DNA of 64,000 nucleotides from Lama guanicoe (lineage: Eukaryota). Made by a program: the position numbers and the translations under genes. Of the stretch, positions 25,326 to 37,769 are shown piece after piece. Every line of letters starts with the position of its first letter. Positions within the stretch are counted from its first letter, which is position 1. The notes under the pieces were generated by a model. That model saw only the letters and a list, made by a program, of their open reading frames with translations. It searched no databases and was not told the DNA's origin. Location: contig MU053482.1 of assembly GCA_013239625.1 (NCBI GenBank), positions 1,897,168-1,961,167 of the forward strand, written 5' to 3'.

Positions 25326-26924
25326 TCCAGGCCTGTGCACAGGCCTGGGCTTCAAAGGGTGGCAGGGGTAGGCACCTGCCCCACAGGGAAATCCTTGCAC
25401 ACCCCAGGGTGCTTCTGCTCTGATACCCCTCCCACTAGGAGAAAGCAGCCTCCTGTCCTGCTCCAGGAATCCCACAGGCATTACAGGAAGGGAACTGCAT
25501 CCTTGAGGTGGACCCCAGAATCACATTTGAACCATGCACATTGCTCCTCTGTGGGGCTGTCAGCCCAGAGGGTTCATGCCAAGTCTGTAACCAGAGCTCC
25601 ATGCCAGGAATTGTCTAGAGACGCATGGGAATTGAAGGCAGAAAACTGTAGGGACTCGGTCCACTGTAGCTACTGTCCACTCTGAAGGCTGGCTTCCCGG
25701 AGGCCCAGCCTATGTGGCCAGGGGGACTCCAGCCACCTCCCCACACCAGGCTCCTGGCTTCACTCAGCTTCTCTTCCTAGCCCTCTCTTGTTTCCCCAGA
25801 CTCTGCCCAGATGTCCTCCATTATGACACAGCTGCCACCAGGTCTTCTCCACATCCTAAAAAATCATAGACTGCCTGCACACAGCTGCCAAGCCATGCTG
25901 AGCATTGGTTTCTCCTGCGATGTAGCCTCAACTCAGAGACAACAGGGAAAAAGACTTCAGGGTGAGGGGACTGGGAGGAGTCACAGCCCAAGGACAGAGC
26001 ATGTCTGAGCCCTGGGAACAAGCCCATGCCCAGGGCAGCTGTGGAGACCCCCTTGAGCCAACAGCCCATGCTGCCTCCAGCACATTGTTGGGTGGGGCAC
26101 CAGGCTGCCATGGGCACAGTCAGGGTCAGGAACTGAGGTCTGCCACCCAGCTAAGGGCCTACCTCTGCCCTCCAGGCAAGGCCCAAACATGTGAAGGCTC
26201 ACCTGCAGTGGGGATGGGAAGTGGGTGCTCAGCTTGCCGGCTTGAATGCAGCAGGGTGGAAGGATGGACTTTAAGCTTGTCCAGTTACACTTCTGCCTGA
26301 GCAACCGCCAGGAGCAGGCTAGAACAGTGAGGGGGAGGAGGGCACGGTGACAAGGCCCTGGGGCAGGCCCCCCAGAAGGCCTGGGCCTGGACCGTTGCAT
26401 CCTCTCAACAACGTCTGAGGTAGATTCTACTGTTATCTGCATTCTGCAGATGAGAAGGCTGAGGCACAGAGAGCTTGAGTAGAGGGAATGGAGAGGCGGG
26501 CTGAGCGCAAGCAAAGCCGCTCACCAGTCTGATAACCCAAGGTCTGCAAAACGGCAGTGGCACACGGGGCCCACGGGAGAGGGGGTGGCCCGCCATCGCA
26601 GGCAACTGAGAGAGATTCAGTAATGGATTTGGTACTCTCTGTTCTTCGTCCTCCTCCTTTTTCCTCCCTTTCCCTTCCTCCCTTTCCTTCATGAACAACT
26701 CTGTCCAAAAGCCATGAGTTGAGGCCAAGCAAGGTCAACGTCTGCACCAGAGGCCAGGGGAGGCCATGGTGGCCCAGAGCAGGGTGTGGTGCTGGAGTCT
26801 GAGCGGATGAGCCGGACTCCCACGTGGAGGGGGGAGTCCAACTCGGTGGGTCTGAACACAGACGGGGTGAGGGAGGCACCTGGGAGAGTGCTGGGCTGGG
26901 GGAGCCTGACTAATACAGGGGATC

Positions 26925-28235
26925 AAATGCATAAATATATGGAGGCTAATGGGACTCATGCTTCACACTGTGGGGGAAGGGAGTTACAAGTAAGCAAAGA
27001 GAGAAAACTAGAATGATCCTGGGTTAGAACTGGAGGTGTTGATGTGCACTCAGTTCTCAGTAGAGACATAGATGAGATAGATGATGATAGATAGACAGAC
27101 AGACAGATAGATAAAAGCAAAAATATAGATTAACGGTGATCTATCGATCAATCGACCTATATTCATCTATTTCTTTGCTCAGTCCTCCCAGAGGGCCTGG
27201 GAACAGTGCTACATCAATAGCAAAGAGCACCCTCGCACCCAGATAGCGTATTCTAAGTGTAGTTGCTCAAGAAGATAAACCAGGATTTCCTGGAGAAATG
27301 ACTGATTCCAGGGCTGGAGCAGGGAAAGTACAGATGAACCTAGGACGTCTTATTGTGCCAAAAAGCAAGTGTGCTCAAATCCTGATGTGGATATATTCAA
27401 AGAAACAGAAGCCAGCATCAGGGGCTCCCACTGGCCAAATCTGGGGCAACATGAACATCAAAATAAATAATGATAGTAGCAGTTGATAACCTATTGAATA
27501 AAATAGGAAACCACGAATCCATACTGACATAAATGAGAACATTGAAAATTGAATGAGGAAAGGGATATTTATGTAGTCTCAAAGTACATTTCCACACAGT
27601 TATTAATTACAAAGGCCAAAAGATTTTACAGTGAAGCCTGGCAGACACCATCTTTGTCAAGTGATCAACGTGGACGTCACTAATACAACAAATCAAAATT
27701 GGGCACCACCTGATTGGAGGCAACAAGAAGAAGCCTCCATCACTTCTGTCATCTTTCTGCAACAAATGCACAGCCTCAACTGAATCTTGAGGAACATTAG
27801 TCAAACCCAAATTAAGGGACAGTCTACCAAAGAACTAGCCTGTAGCTTCAAAAGTGACAACACCAGGACAGGTCGAGAGACTATTTCCAGACTGAAGGAA
27901 ACAGAAGAAATAGTACAAATCAGTGAGACATGTGATCCCCAAACCTGGATCTTTTGCTATAAAGAACATTACTGGGACAAGTGGTGAAACTTGAGGGGGA
28001 TCTGAAGACGAAATGGCAGTTAGATGTTGATGTTAACTTGCTGATTTTGCTGGCCACGTGGTGGTTATGCAAGAAAACGGCCCTCTCTGTGGGAAATGCA
28101 CACTAACGCGTGGGGGCGGGAGGTGATGGGGCATGATTGTAAGCAATTTATTTTCAAATAGTTCAAGGATAAAAGAGTTATGTGTCCTGTGCTTGCCACT
28201 TTTCTGTAAAGTTGAGGTTATTTCAAAATAAACAT
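26925..28235 (+). mobile_element. L1MC/L1MD-type LINE-1 3' UTR fragment with internal (GATA/GACA)n
   Basis: 'ggagaaatgactgattccagggctggagcagggaaagtacagatgaacctaggac', 'gcaacaagaagaagc...catcacttctg', ends 'cttttctgtaaagttgaggttatttcaaaataaa'. Confidence 0.8.
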
Positions 28236-29318
28236 TACATTTGAAAAGGGTGGGAAGAGGTCCTGCTCAGGACTGTGACCTAAAGCTGGAAAAAGCAAGA
28301 GCACAGTCGCCCATGTTCCAGGGGAGTGGCTGGAGGCTCCAGATGAGGCTTGCCAAGGGGAGGTCCAAACTGGCCCAGGGCCCCCACCCAGTCACTTGCC
28401 TCCAGCTGGTTGGAGGGCAGAGCAAGAGACCAAAGAAAGATTTGGGAGCCAGGATTTCTCTAAAGAGATCACATAGTGCTGCTCACTCCCCACCTGCCCC
28501 AGCAGTGGGAAAGGGCTGGCAGGCCATCACCAGGGTTCTTAAGGGAACGCAGCCCATCCCCTGATTTTAGTGGGTAGGATCGCGACATCTTCCAGGAAAG
28601 TTTGAAGGTAGAGGTCAGCTACAGTCACCTGTGCTGCAGAGAAAAGAACTCACCGCTCTGGGTGGTCCACGCTGGTGGAGTTTGGCTGGACGAAGGTGAG
28701 GGTGTCCCTGGGAGCAAGGGAAAGGTCACAGGGCTCAGACACAATCCTTCCCAAGGAGACTGCCTGGCAGGGCTTCAGGAGGCGACTCCAACAGGAAGGG
28801 CATGCAGAAGCCCAGGGTGGTTGAAAGGACTCAGTGAGCTCTTGAGTGCCCTAAGCTCAGGGCTCAAAGTGAGTGCTCACTCAGCAACTGTCTGCAGCCC
28901 CCAGGGCTCATTCTGCATGGGAGTCCTGCTCCAGGACCCCCACACAGCCCCTGCCTCTTGCCTCAGCCTGTCCCTAGCTGCTGCTTGGACATAGGCGTTT
29001 GTAACAGTCAATGATCACTGTGGCATCAGTCAACTACTACTGGCTTTGCTGTATGACAAACCACTCCAGAATTCTGTGGAGGCAGCAACATTTCTTTCCT
29101 CTCCCAGGTCATCAGGTTGGGTGTGGCCACTTCAGGACGCAGGCTGGCTAGCTGCAGATTTCCGCTGGGTTTAGGCTGGCTCCTCGAGGTGAGCAGAAGG
29201 GGCTCCCTGGGCATGTGCTTGTCACACCGTCAAAGGAGATAAGAGTCAGAGCAGAAATGCAGAGCCTTATCCCAGAAATCACACACTGTCACCTCCATTG
29301 TCCAGACCAGCCCCAGGC

Positions 29319-29879
29319 TGCATTAGTCTTTGACTGCTGTGTAACAAATTGCCATGAACTGAGCCACTTAGAACAACACCCACTTATTAGCTCACAGTGT
29401 GTAGGTCAGAAGCCCAGCTCAGCATGTGAGCTGATGGCATATTCATCTAGAGCCCGGGATCGTCTTCCAAGCTCATTCCTGCTATTGCGGCTGTAAGGTT
29501 GTTCCTTGAGCCAATGGCACTGAGGTCCCTGCTTCCTTGCTGGCTGTCAGCCAGGGTTTCTCTCAGCTCTGGAGGCAGCCCACATCCCTGGTCACTTGGC
29601 CTCCTCCATCCTCAATCTAGCAACAAATCCATCTCATGCTTTGGATCTTTCTGACTTCACTTTCTGCTGCTAACCAGAGCAATTGCTTTGCTTTTAAAGG
29701 GCTTGCTCGATTGGGTTGGGCCTGCCTGGATAATCTCTGCATTTTAATATCATCTGACCTGGGACTTAATTACATCTGCAGAATCCCTTCACGGCAGCAC
29801 CTAGATTCATGTTTCATTGAATAATAGGGGTCAGAAAACTTGGGGGTTGGAGAGCATCTTTAGAATTCTCCTAATCACA
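29319..29879 (-). mobile_element. MLT1E/F-like LTR nested in an older MLT1 LTR (~29025-29968)
   Basis: 'tgcattagtctttgactgctgtgtaacaaattgcc...ttattagctcacag...ttaattacatctgcagaatcccttcac...ttagaattctcctaatcaca'. Confidence 0.75.
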
Positions 29880-31104
29880 CGTGGCCAAGCCCACCACCTA
29901 TGGGTAGAAGAATATGCACCTCACCAGAGACGGAAGTGAAGTTACCAAACTGTTATCCTGTCTATCATGTGTTCTTGGAAAACCTTCTCAAAATTCACTC
30001 ATCTGTCCGTCAGACAATCTTCAGCAGCGCCTGGGCAGCACCTGGGAGAAAGGGAGGGCCCCGGGCCTGTTCCCAAGATGCTCCATCCCTGTCTTCTTCC
30101 CAGGATGGCCCTGGGCCTGGTATCTGAGCCCCACCCAGGCTCTAGGGATCCTTCTGAACCCCATTCCTTCGTCTCCCCATCCTGTCTCATTGTGGGCAGT
30201 TGTCTAGCCTTCACTTCAGCCCCCAGCCAGCCCCTCCTGGGCAGTCACCAGCTCAGTCCTGACCAGGCCTCTTCCTGCCCTCAGATTTCCCAAGACACTC
30301 CCCCAATGCTGGGACAGAGGCTGAGGTGCGGCCCCTTCATCATGGCCCCCAGGCCACCTGCCCCCTCTCCAGCCTCTGCTCTCCGCACTGCCCCCCACCG
30401 CTTACCCCTACTCCCCACGCACCAGGCTATGCAACCTCCAGGCCTCTCATCACACGGGCCCCTCTGCCCGCTGACTTTCAGGGCTCTTCCTCTCTAATCC
30501 CTTTTCCACATCCTTCCAGTCCTTCAAGGTCTAGTCTGCTCACTCCTTCAGGAAGCCCTACCAGACTACCCCCTGGGCCTTACTCCGCTCCAGGACTGGG
30601 TGGAACTCACCCCAGAAGGGTCAGGACAGGGTGAGGGGAACCCTCTCCCACTGTAGCACAGCTGTATGTGGAGGGTGTTCCATGGCAGGGAGTGAGCACC
30701 CCAAAATGCTGGTGATGCCTCACGTGATGCTCTGCCCCATGTGAAGGGGGTCCACCAGTGGCAGCTGCCCCGAAGCCCACATGGCCCCACAACCCCTGCA
30801 GAGTCCCACAGCACCTTCTCACATGCCTGCTCTGACCGCTTTGCTCTCTGTTACATACTCTAATTCAGAATGCTTCAGTATCTGGGCTGCCTCTGGTTCC
30901 CCAGCTGTGACATCTGCTTTGCAGCACATCTGTGCCTCTTGGGACCTGGGATTTGAACAGAGAGGGTGAGCTGGCTCCCTGGGCTCTGGCTCTGACCCTG
31001 CTCTGGTTGGCAGAGGCTTGGGAAGGGAGCGTCTGGCAGAGCAGCCCGAGGGGCTTTGAGAACAAGGTCACAACTTGGCAACTGAAAGCCAGTTGAGCTC
31101 CTTC

Positions 31105-31565
31105 CATCAAGTTTTTAACTAGAAAAATAGTGTGCCCATTTCTCTGTAATACACCTCTGGGCTTTTTTATTATGACTTCATTTCCCCTTGTAATATCGCA
31201 ACGTCTCTATAATTGTAAAAGTGTAATAGAATCTAATAGAATTTCATTTGGCGCCCGGAATGCTCCGCACCATGGCCGCTCATTCGGAGTGAAATAATGA
31301 TGTCTAATGCCCACACACGGCTCCCCGTGACCTTATTCAATCTTGGGGCTGATCAGGAAATATATCGATTCAATTATACACTGATGACAAATGAACTCAG
31401 AGAAAGAGGAAAAAAAGGTCAGCATATATTTGAAAATGTAAATCTTAGCAATGTCTTTGGGGTTCGCCCCCCAAAAAAGCCATTTCAAAATGCCATTTGT
31501 GGCTAATAGTGTGGAGTTCAGGCTCAAGCAGGGACGTGTCGGATGGCTGGAAAGGCATTAATGGG
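31105..31565. promoter_or_regulatory. Putative conserved non-coding element / enhancer
   Basis: ~450-bp AT-rich non-repeat island with many unmutated CpGs, TTATTATGAC, TATAATTG, CTAATG, ATCGAT, CAATTA. Confidence 0.6.
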
Positions 31566-32141
31566 GCATCACTCCTTTAGAGCAGGGATCAGGTCCAAAT
31601 CTGCCCTGAGCAGCTCCTGCCCGCACATCCTCTCCCGGCACTGCCTCTTTCCCTGCAGCCAAATCATCTTTTCTCTTTCCCTCTCGGGAGGGGGTGAGGA
31701 GACAGGGTGACAGGGTCACACCAATGGCCATCTGGACAGAGTGAGGGCAGGGAGGGTTCTGGGTGTGCTTGGGCTCCAGGATGGAGGGCAGTGCCCCATT
31801 AGCAGGGCAGTGCAGCAGATGAAAAGCAACGCTCACAGCCAGGCGGCGGGGGCTGAGGGCAGGCTGGAGAGGAAGGAGGATGCCCGAAGGGCCATATCTC
31901 AGGAGGCAGGCAAGGGAAGAGTTTGAAGAAGGAGGAAAAGACCAGTCATGCCAAATTGTGTCAAATTCTGAAAGATGGAGATGCATGAAACTCCAAAGCA
32001 TTCACAGAATTTCTCCAGTTAAAAAAATGTTTAAATTAGGACTATCTTATAGCAAAGGACATAAATATGAAATGTAGAGCTCGATGAAATTTTTACAAAT
32101 TTACATATGCCTATAACCATCACACAATTCGACTTAGAGAA

Positions 32142-32496
32142 TAGTCACCTTCCGTATCCATGGCTTCTGCCTCCACAGATTCAAAATATTTGAGGGTTGA
32201 AAATATTCAGACAAAAGAATTTCAGAAATTTCAAAAAAGCAAAATTTGAATTTGCCACACGCACACTGGCAACTATTTATATAGCATTTACATTAAACTT
32301 AACAACTACTTACATAGCATTTACATTATATTAGGTATTATAAGCAATCTAGAGAGGATTTAAAGTATATGGGAGATTGTGCATAGGTTATATATAAATA
32401 CTACACCATTTTATATAAGGGTCTTGGCATACTTGGATTTTGGTATCCGAAGTGGGGTCTGAGAACCAGTCCCCCACAGATACCAAGGGGCAACTA
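32142..32496 (-). mobile_element. MER2-type (TcMar-Tigger) DNA transposon
   Basis: TIRs 'agtcaccttccgtatcc' / 'agataccaaggggcaact'; internal 'catagcatttacattatattaggtattataagcaatctagag'. Confidence 0.85.
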
Positions 32497-32708
32497 TTTC
32501 CAGCACCCTAGCAGCCTTCCTCAGGACTCCTCAAAATTAACGGCCCCACATACACTCTCAGTAACCATATTCTGGCTTCTAACCCCCATGCGTTTGTTTT
32601 TGCCTGCTTTTGCAGTTCATATAAATGGATCATAAAGTAAGTACGTTTCTGCATCTGGCTTCTTTCCTTTAACGTTGTGTCTGTGAGATTCATTTATGCT
32701 GTATGTAC

Positions 32709-33763
32709 CAGCAGTCCTCGCTTTGCACGGCAGGACTGTGAAATGACTATGCAGCCTGAAATCAAGCAACATGCTCTTGACAATCAATGGGGAACATTAT
32801 GATTGTTCTGTGACATTTAAAAATTTTAATCAAAACATTAAAAACTCTTACTGTTGGTTATAAATGTATAGGGAAACAAAAAAAAAAGGTGACACTCATA
32901 TTCATTTAGTACCATGTAATTTAATGCTTTAAAAACTGAAGTGTTGTATTTCTTTGGAAAAAAAAGAAATCAAGAGCAGTTTGAACAGAGCTTGCCTTCT
33001 TCCTCTTGTGTCGTGTAACTTACAATACAGAGGGAGCATCCTTTCTGTGCCTTGGCAAATTGTCCTGCTGTTTTCTAAGTTCGGATCAGCTTCTAACATT
33101 GTATCCTTTGTGCTGTCCGTATGGCGAAACATCTCTGAAAGTTCCTTTAATGCAAAGTTTTTTTCCGAGCTTCACTTTCTCTGGAACATCTTTGCCCTTT
33201 CTGTCACAACCAGATTCTTCATTTGTATTAAGTTCGTCCTCACTAAGTTTCTCTGGGTGGGTGTCTAGGGTCAAACAGTGGCCATACCAGCATTCTCAAC
33301 AATGGGCTAGTTCTTCTGTAGTTCCACTTACATTTGATTCAAATTTCAATTCTATCATTATCGATTTTTATTTCTTTATTGCACTTTCACCTTTGTGATT
33401 AATTCCTTTTACTTCTCAATTTTCGTTAAGTGTCACATGCGTTTATAACTTGGAGGCAAGGAGGCAACACAATTGCACGCTTTGCTGTCCTTTCTTGAAA
33501 TAAATAGCAGATGCCCAGTGGCTAAACACTCACAGACTCCAAAAGTAGTGATGAGATTGGTCACAGTTCTCGATGTGCATCTGCTATTTACGTAGTGATT
33601 TGTGGACTAAAGAGCCAGCAGGGAAGTTGGTATTTTATGCAGTTACAGTTAATATATCATGGTAACTAAAATTTCAGCTGTTATTGGGAAACTAGTATTA
33701 TCTAACTAAATTATGATAACTGACATTTGTGCATATTGGAACCATGTGAAAGGAAGACTGCTT
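32709..33763. mobile_element. Tigger13a-like DNA transposon carrying a decayed transposase C-terminus on the minus strand
   Basis: TIRs 'gcagtcctcgctttgcacgg' / 'ccatgtgaaaggaagactgc'; minus-strand remnants TLDTHPEKLSEDEL...ESGCD and MLEADPNLENSRTICQGTERML resemble Tigger transposase tails. Confidence 0.7.
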
Positions 33764-34469
33764 TTCTAGTTTGTTCTTTTTCACAGCTGTATACTATTCT
33801 ATTGTATGACCATGTCACAACTTATTTGTTCCTTCTTCTGTTGATAGATACTTGGTTGTTTCCAGTTTGCTTCTGTTATGAGTAAGGCTGCTATGAACAC
33901 CCTTGTACTGGTCTTTGTCAACCTATTCCCTTGTTTTGGTTGGTTAAAGATTATTCTACCCAGGCTTACCAGTTATTTCATGTGACCCCAGGCAAGCCTC
34001 CATCCTCACAGAGCTGGGGCATCTGAGCCACATCTGTAAAGACAGGATTCACAGGGCCTTAATTGGACCGAGATGGGAGGAAGGACCTAGGGGGAATCAC
34101 CTGGTTTGGTCCTTCACCTCCTCCAGACCCATTTCACAGATAGAAAGATAGACTGTAGATCCAGGGGGACTTGCCCGAGGTCACACGGAGTCAGATCTCT
34201 GGAGCCCCTCTCACCTGCCCTCCAGGAGGCCTGCCTGCCCTGCCAGGCGGGCTGCCCTCAAGGGTCAGCCCTCCCAGCTGTGGGGCTAGAGCTTGCCTTA
34301 TTCTAGGGCTAGTGGGGTCCCCTCTCTCTCTTGACGGGAAAATACCTTCACCCCATCCACATGGGGCTGAGGTCAAATTAGATGTGTGGGGCTGCGTGCC
34401 CAAAGACAGGAACCTTCCTTCCTCCCGATACCCCAGAAGCTCTCAGTAAAAGCTCAGCCAGCCTGGCTG

Positions 34470-34560
34470 CCCCATTTAATTCTCATAATTAGCTGACAGC
34501 TCATTAGCAGCTCATTAGAAGCCCTGGAAATGCAGTGACAGTAACAAATTCAGTGCAACC
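34470..34560. promoter_or_regulatory. Compact homeodomain/TALE site cluster
   Basis: TTTAATT, TAATTA, TGACAG x2, tandem CAGCTCATTAG x2. Confidence 0.5.
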
Positions 34561-35899
34561 AGGCAGTATAGGGGTATCCCCAGGGGCCTGACCAGGCTAG
34601 GCTTTGGGGTTTTGGGTGCTCCTGGGAGAGAGCTCAGCCTCTATGCCCATGTCTGAATCCTCAATCTGAATCCTAGTCCTTGGATCCCATTAAAATGTCC
34701 CTTCCCCCAACCACCTTCCCACTACTCCAGTCCCACCCCCAGCTACCCTCCCACAAGCTCCTTTGAGGACCAGATAGAAGGAGGCAGACAGTCTGGTTCC
34801 AAGATAGGAAGGGGGTACCCAAAGCCTCTAGGGGGCCCCAGAGAGCCAGGACTCTGCCCAATGGCCAAGCCTGAGACCTGAGTGCCCTGCCCACCACCCT
34901 TCCCTGACCCATCCATTCACTGCACCCTGGGGCACGTGTTCTCCAAACCCTTCTCTACTTGTCCCTTCAGCTCTGGTCACAGCTCTGTCTGTCTGTCTCA
35001 GTCTATTTCCATTTATTCAATATTCATTAGGCACCTATGATTTGCCTGTTCTGGGCTAAGTCTAAAGTAGCTACAAAGAAATCTAGATTAGATCAAGTCT
35101 AAGCAAAGGACTCAGGACACAGCGAGGAGGGAGAGGAGTAAACAGACATTGCAATCCTGCGAGATAAAGCCTGGGATGGAATAAAAACTGCAGAAGCATC
35201 AGAAGAGGGGGACTTCAGGACCCTAGGGCTTGGGCCTGTCCTGGAGGGGGCAGCATCTTGAAGGAGGAGCAGGAGTTTGCTGATCTGTCTGTTCTTCTGA
35301 CAGCCACCTCTGTGCCTTCATCCTTCTCACTGCAGCCCAGGCCCTCCCCTCCTGACAACCTTACAGCTCAAAGGCTCCAGGGGCAGTGGACAGAGACCTG
35401 GAACGGAACCAGACCCATGAGGGCCAGCTACAGCCCGGAGAGGGCAAGGAGAGACAGAACGACTTCTCCTACAGGGGGCGGGGAAGGAGAGAAGAGGAAA
35501 TGGGGGATGGAGGGGAGAGGAAAGTCAGACAGGAGAGGCCCAGGCAGACCCAGGCGCCAGTAGCTGGGTGACCTTGGGCAAGTCCCTTCTCTCCTCTGGA
35601 TTTCAGTCCGTCTCTCCACTGCACTCAGTGGGAACGTGCAAGGTCGGGTCTCCCTGGTGTGGCACCAAAGGTCGGGGCTCTGCACGGGCAGCCTGGCTCC
35701 CAGTCCTGAGCTCCCAGCTCCACCTCGGGGTGGCCACACATCTGCCACTGGGATCGATGGGAAGTCATTATCATCGCCACATTTTAATGACATCAATTAA
35801 TTCCCCATCTGCGGGTCCCCTGCAGCCTTCAGCGCTGAAGGTTAAAGGGAGGGGCACTGGCTCAGGGTGGCTCTACCCCAGGATGACGGTTCCTGGCCA

Positions 35900-36350
35900 G
35901 TCTGTGTGGCATGTGTGTGCAAGCACATGTGTTCATTATCCTCCCATGGCCTGTGTATAGACAGCATGTTCATCCTTTACTGGTGTACGTGTGTGCACGT
36001 GTGCACTCTGCATGTGTGTGTTGTGTGTATACAAAATGTTCATGTGTACAAAGTGTAAACCTTGTATACATGTGCAAAGTACTGTTTGTCCTATCCTTGT
36101 GCCTTATGTGTGTACAAAGTGTATGCCTGTATATTATGTTTGTACACGATGTAGGGCTTATCTGTGTGCATTGTGTGTGTGAGAAGGTTTTGTGCATGAG
36201 TCCTGTGTCGGTGAACATGGAGAATGCAAAGAATTTGCGCCTCTTTAATCCGCTCGGATTGTGTGTGGGTGTACATTCCGTGTCTCTCTGCATCATTGTA
36301 CACGTATGCATGGTGGTTTGCTTACTTGTACACTTGTGTGCTGACTGTGT
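35900..36350. repeat. Degenerate TG-rich low-complexity tract
   Basis: Dense tgtg/gtgtac/atgtgt; produces spurious Cys/Val-rich and His/Thr-rich ORFs. Confidence 0.85.
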
Positions 36351-36589
36351 GAGGAGCCCTGGCCAGTAGATTCCCCCTCTGTTGGGAGAAGAGGCTCCTC
36401 TCTGCTTCTTTGGAAACTGGGGTTCTTCCCTTTGAGCCCAGGGTTCTAAGGGTAGATCTTCTTGCATTCTGACATGGAACTGATGCTGCCTGACCTTTGT
36501 GTTTTGAAGGATGAATAGGAGTTCACCAGGCAAAACTGAATAGTAGAGGAGAGGGATGGGGGTTTCAGGCTAAATGTTCTGTGTGTTAC

Positions 36590-36745
36590 ACACATTCATA
36601 AAATCTTCACAGCAATGCTATGGAGTAAGCACCATCATTATTGCCATTTTATAGATGAGGAGAATGAGGCAAAGGGATGTTTAGTAGTTTGCCCAAAGAC
36701 ACATAGCTTGAAGTGGTACAATCAGGATTTGAACAGATACACAAT
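36590..36745 (-). mobile_element. MIR SINE
   Basis: 'ccattttatagatgaggagaatgaggcaaagggatgtttagtagtttgcccaaagacacatagc'. Confidence 0.8.
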
Positions 36746-37494
36746 CACATTCAATGCTCACACCCACATTTGCACACATTACACAATGTGCATGTAAACA
36801 AGACAATGGACACCCACTCTTGATCACACAGGCACACTGGGCTCACACTTAGGTGCATACACACATGTGCACATGCCCACACGCAGGCTGTCTCCAGTGC
36901 CCCCAGGTGTCCAGGGTGATCCAGACCAGACCTCTAGTTCAGCCTTGGCTTCATTGGCGTGGGCATCTGGGGGGAGGAAGGTGGCAAGCATGAGATGGAG
37001 GAAGACCAGAGGGAGGAGCCTGGGGGTGATCTCCACCTTGCAACTACACCCCTGCAGCCCAAGAACAGAGGGCAGGATCCTCCCCACGCGGCACACCCAA
37101 ACAAGTATGCCTGCTTTGCAGACCTCAACACAGCCTCGTTTTCTCCATCAGTCATGGGGGAAGACCTCTGCCCACCCTGTCCCTGCCCAAGCCTGTGGAA
37201 AGGACTCACTGGGAAATGGGAGAGCCCATGCCCCCACCCAAAGCCTCACATGTCCCATGTCCCCTCAAAGGGCAGCAGCCATCTAAGTTCAAAAAGAAAA
37301 TTAAAAGCTGCTGCCTGCCCTGTGCTCAATGCTGCCTCTGGCCCAAAGAGGCTCTCTGAGAACCAGGTTGTCCCTGGTCTGAGCCCTTCAGGTCAAGCCA
37401 TGTCCCGGCCACACCCACACCCCCAGAAGGCCCCGGATGGGCAGTCTGCCTGGTCTGCCTGTGCCAGAAAGCTCCGCTTGCCATCCCTCCCCTG

Positions 37495-37612
37495 GGCGTT
37501 CTTTTTTCTTAATTAACAGAAAGCCATTATGAATACTAAAGAAGAAATTAGCACCTGCCAGTCATTTCTGGGTGTTTATAGATTTTTTTCAAGCCCTCTT
37601 TAATTAACCCTT
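37495..37612. promoter_or_regulatory. Possible conserved non-coding element
   Basis: TTAATTAA at both ends, CCATTATG, AAATTAG, CACCTG E-box. Confidence 0.4.
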
Positions 37613-37769
37613 CCAGTTCCAGAGCCCTGCCTCCCCTTGGATGGGAGCCTGGCCCCTGCCCTCATGGAGCCCAGGCTCGCTGGTCTTGAGCCCTGTGTAC
37701 AGCAGCTTCCCCTTCATCTTAGGCCCCCAGGGAGGACCCCAGCCACCACAAGACGTCGGGCAGTCAGAT

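Larger units (their letters stand above)
32020..33930 (-). mobile_element. Old L1ME-type 3' end, interrupted twice by Tigger-family elements
   Basis: Pieces at 32020-32141, 32497-32708 and 33764-33930 ('ctggcttctttcctttaacgttgtgtctgtgagattcat', 'ttgtttccagtttgcttctgttatgagtaaggctgctatgaaca'). Confidence 0.7.

Noticed and set aside
32929..33398. Transposase-like ORFs as a domesticated gene
   Set aside because: Short, frameshifted and bounded by TIRs; a decayed Tigger element
35911..36533. Cys/Val-rich and His/Thr-rich ORFs
   Set aside because: Translations of TG/CA low-complexity sequence
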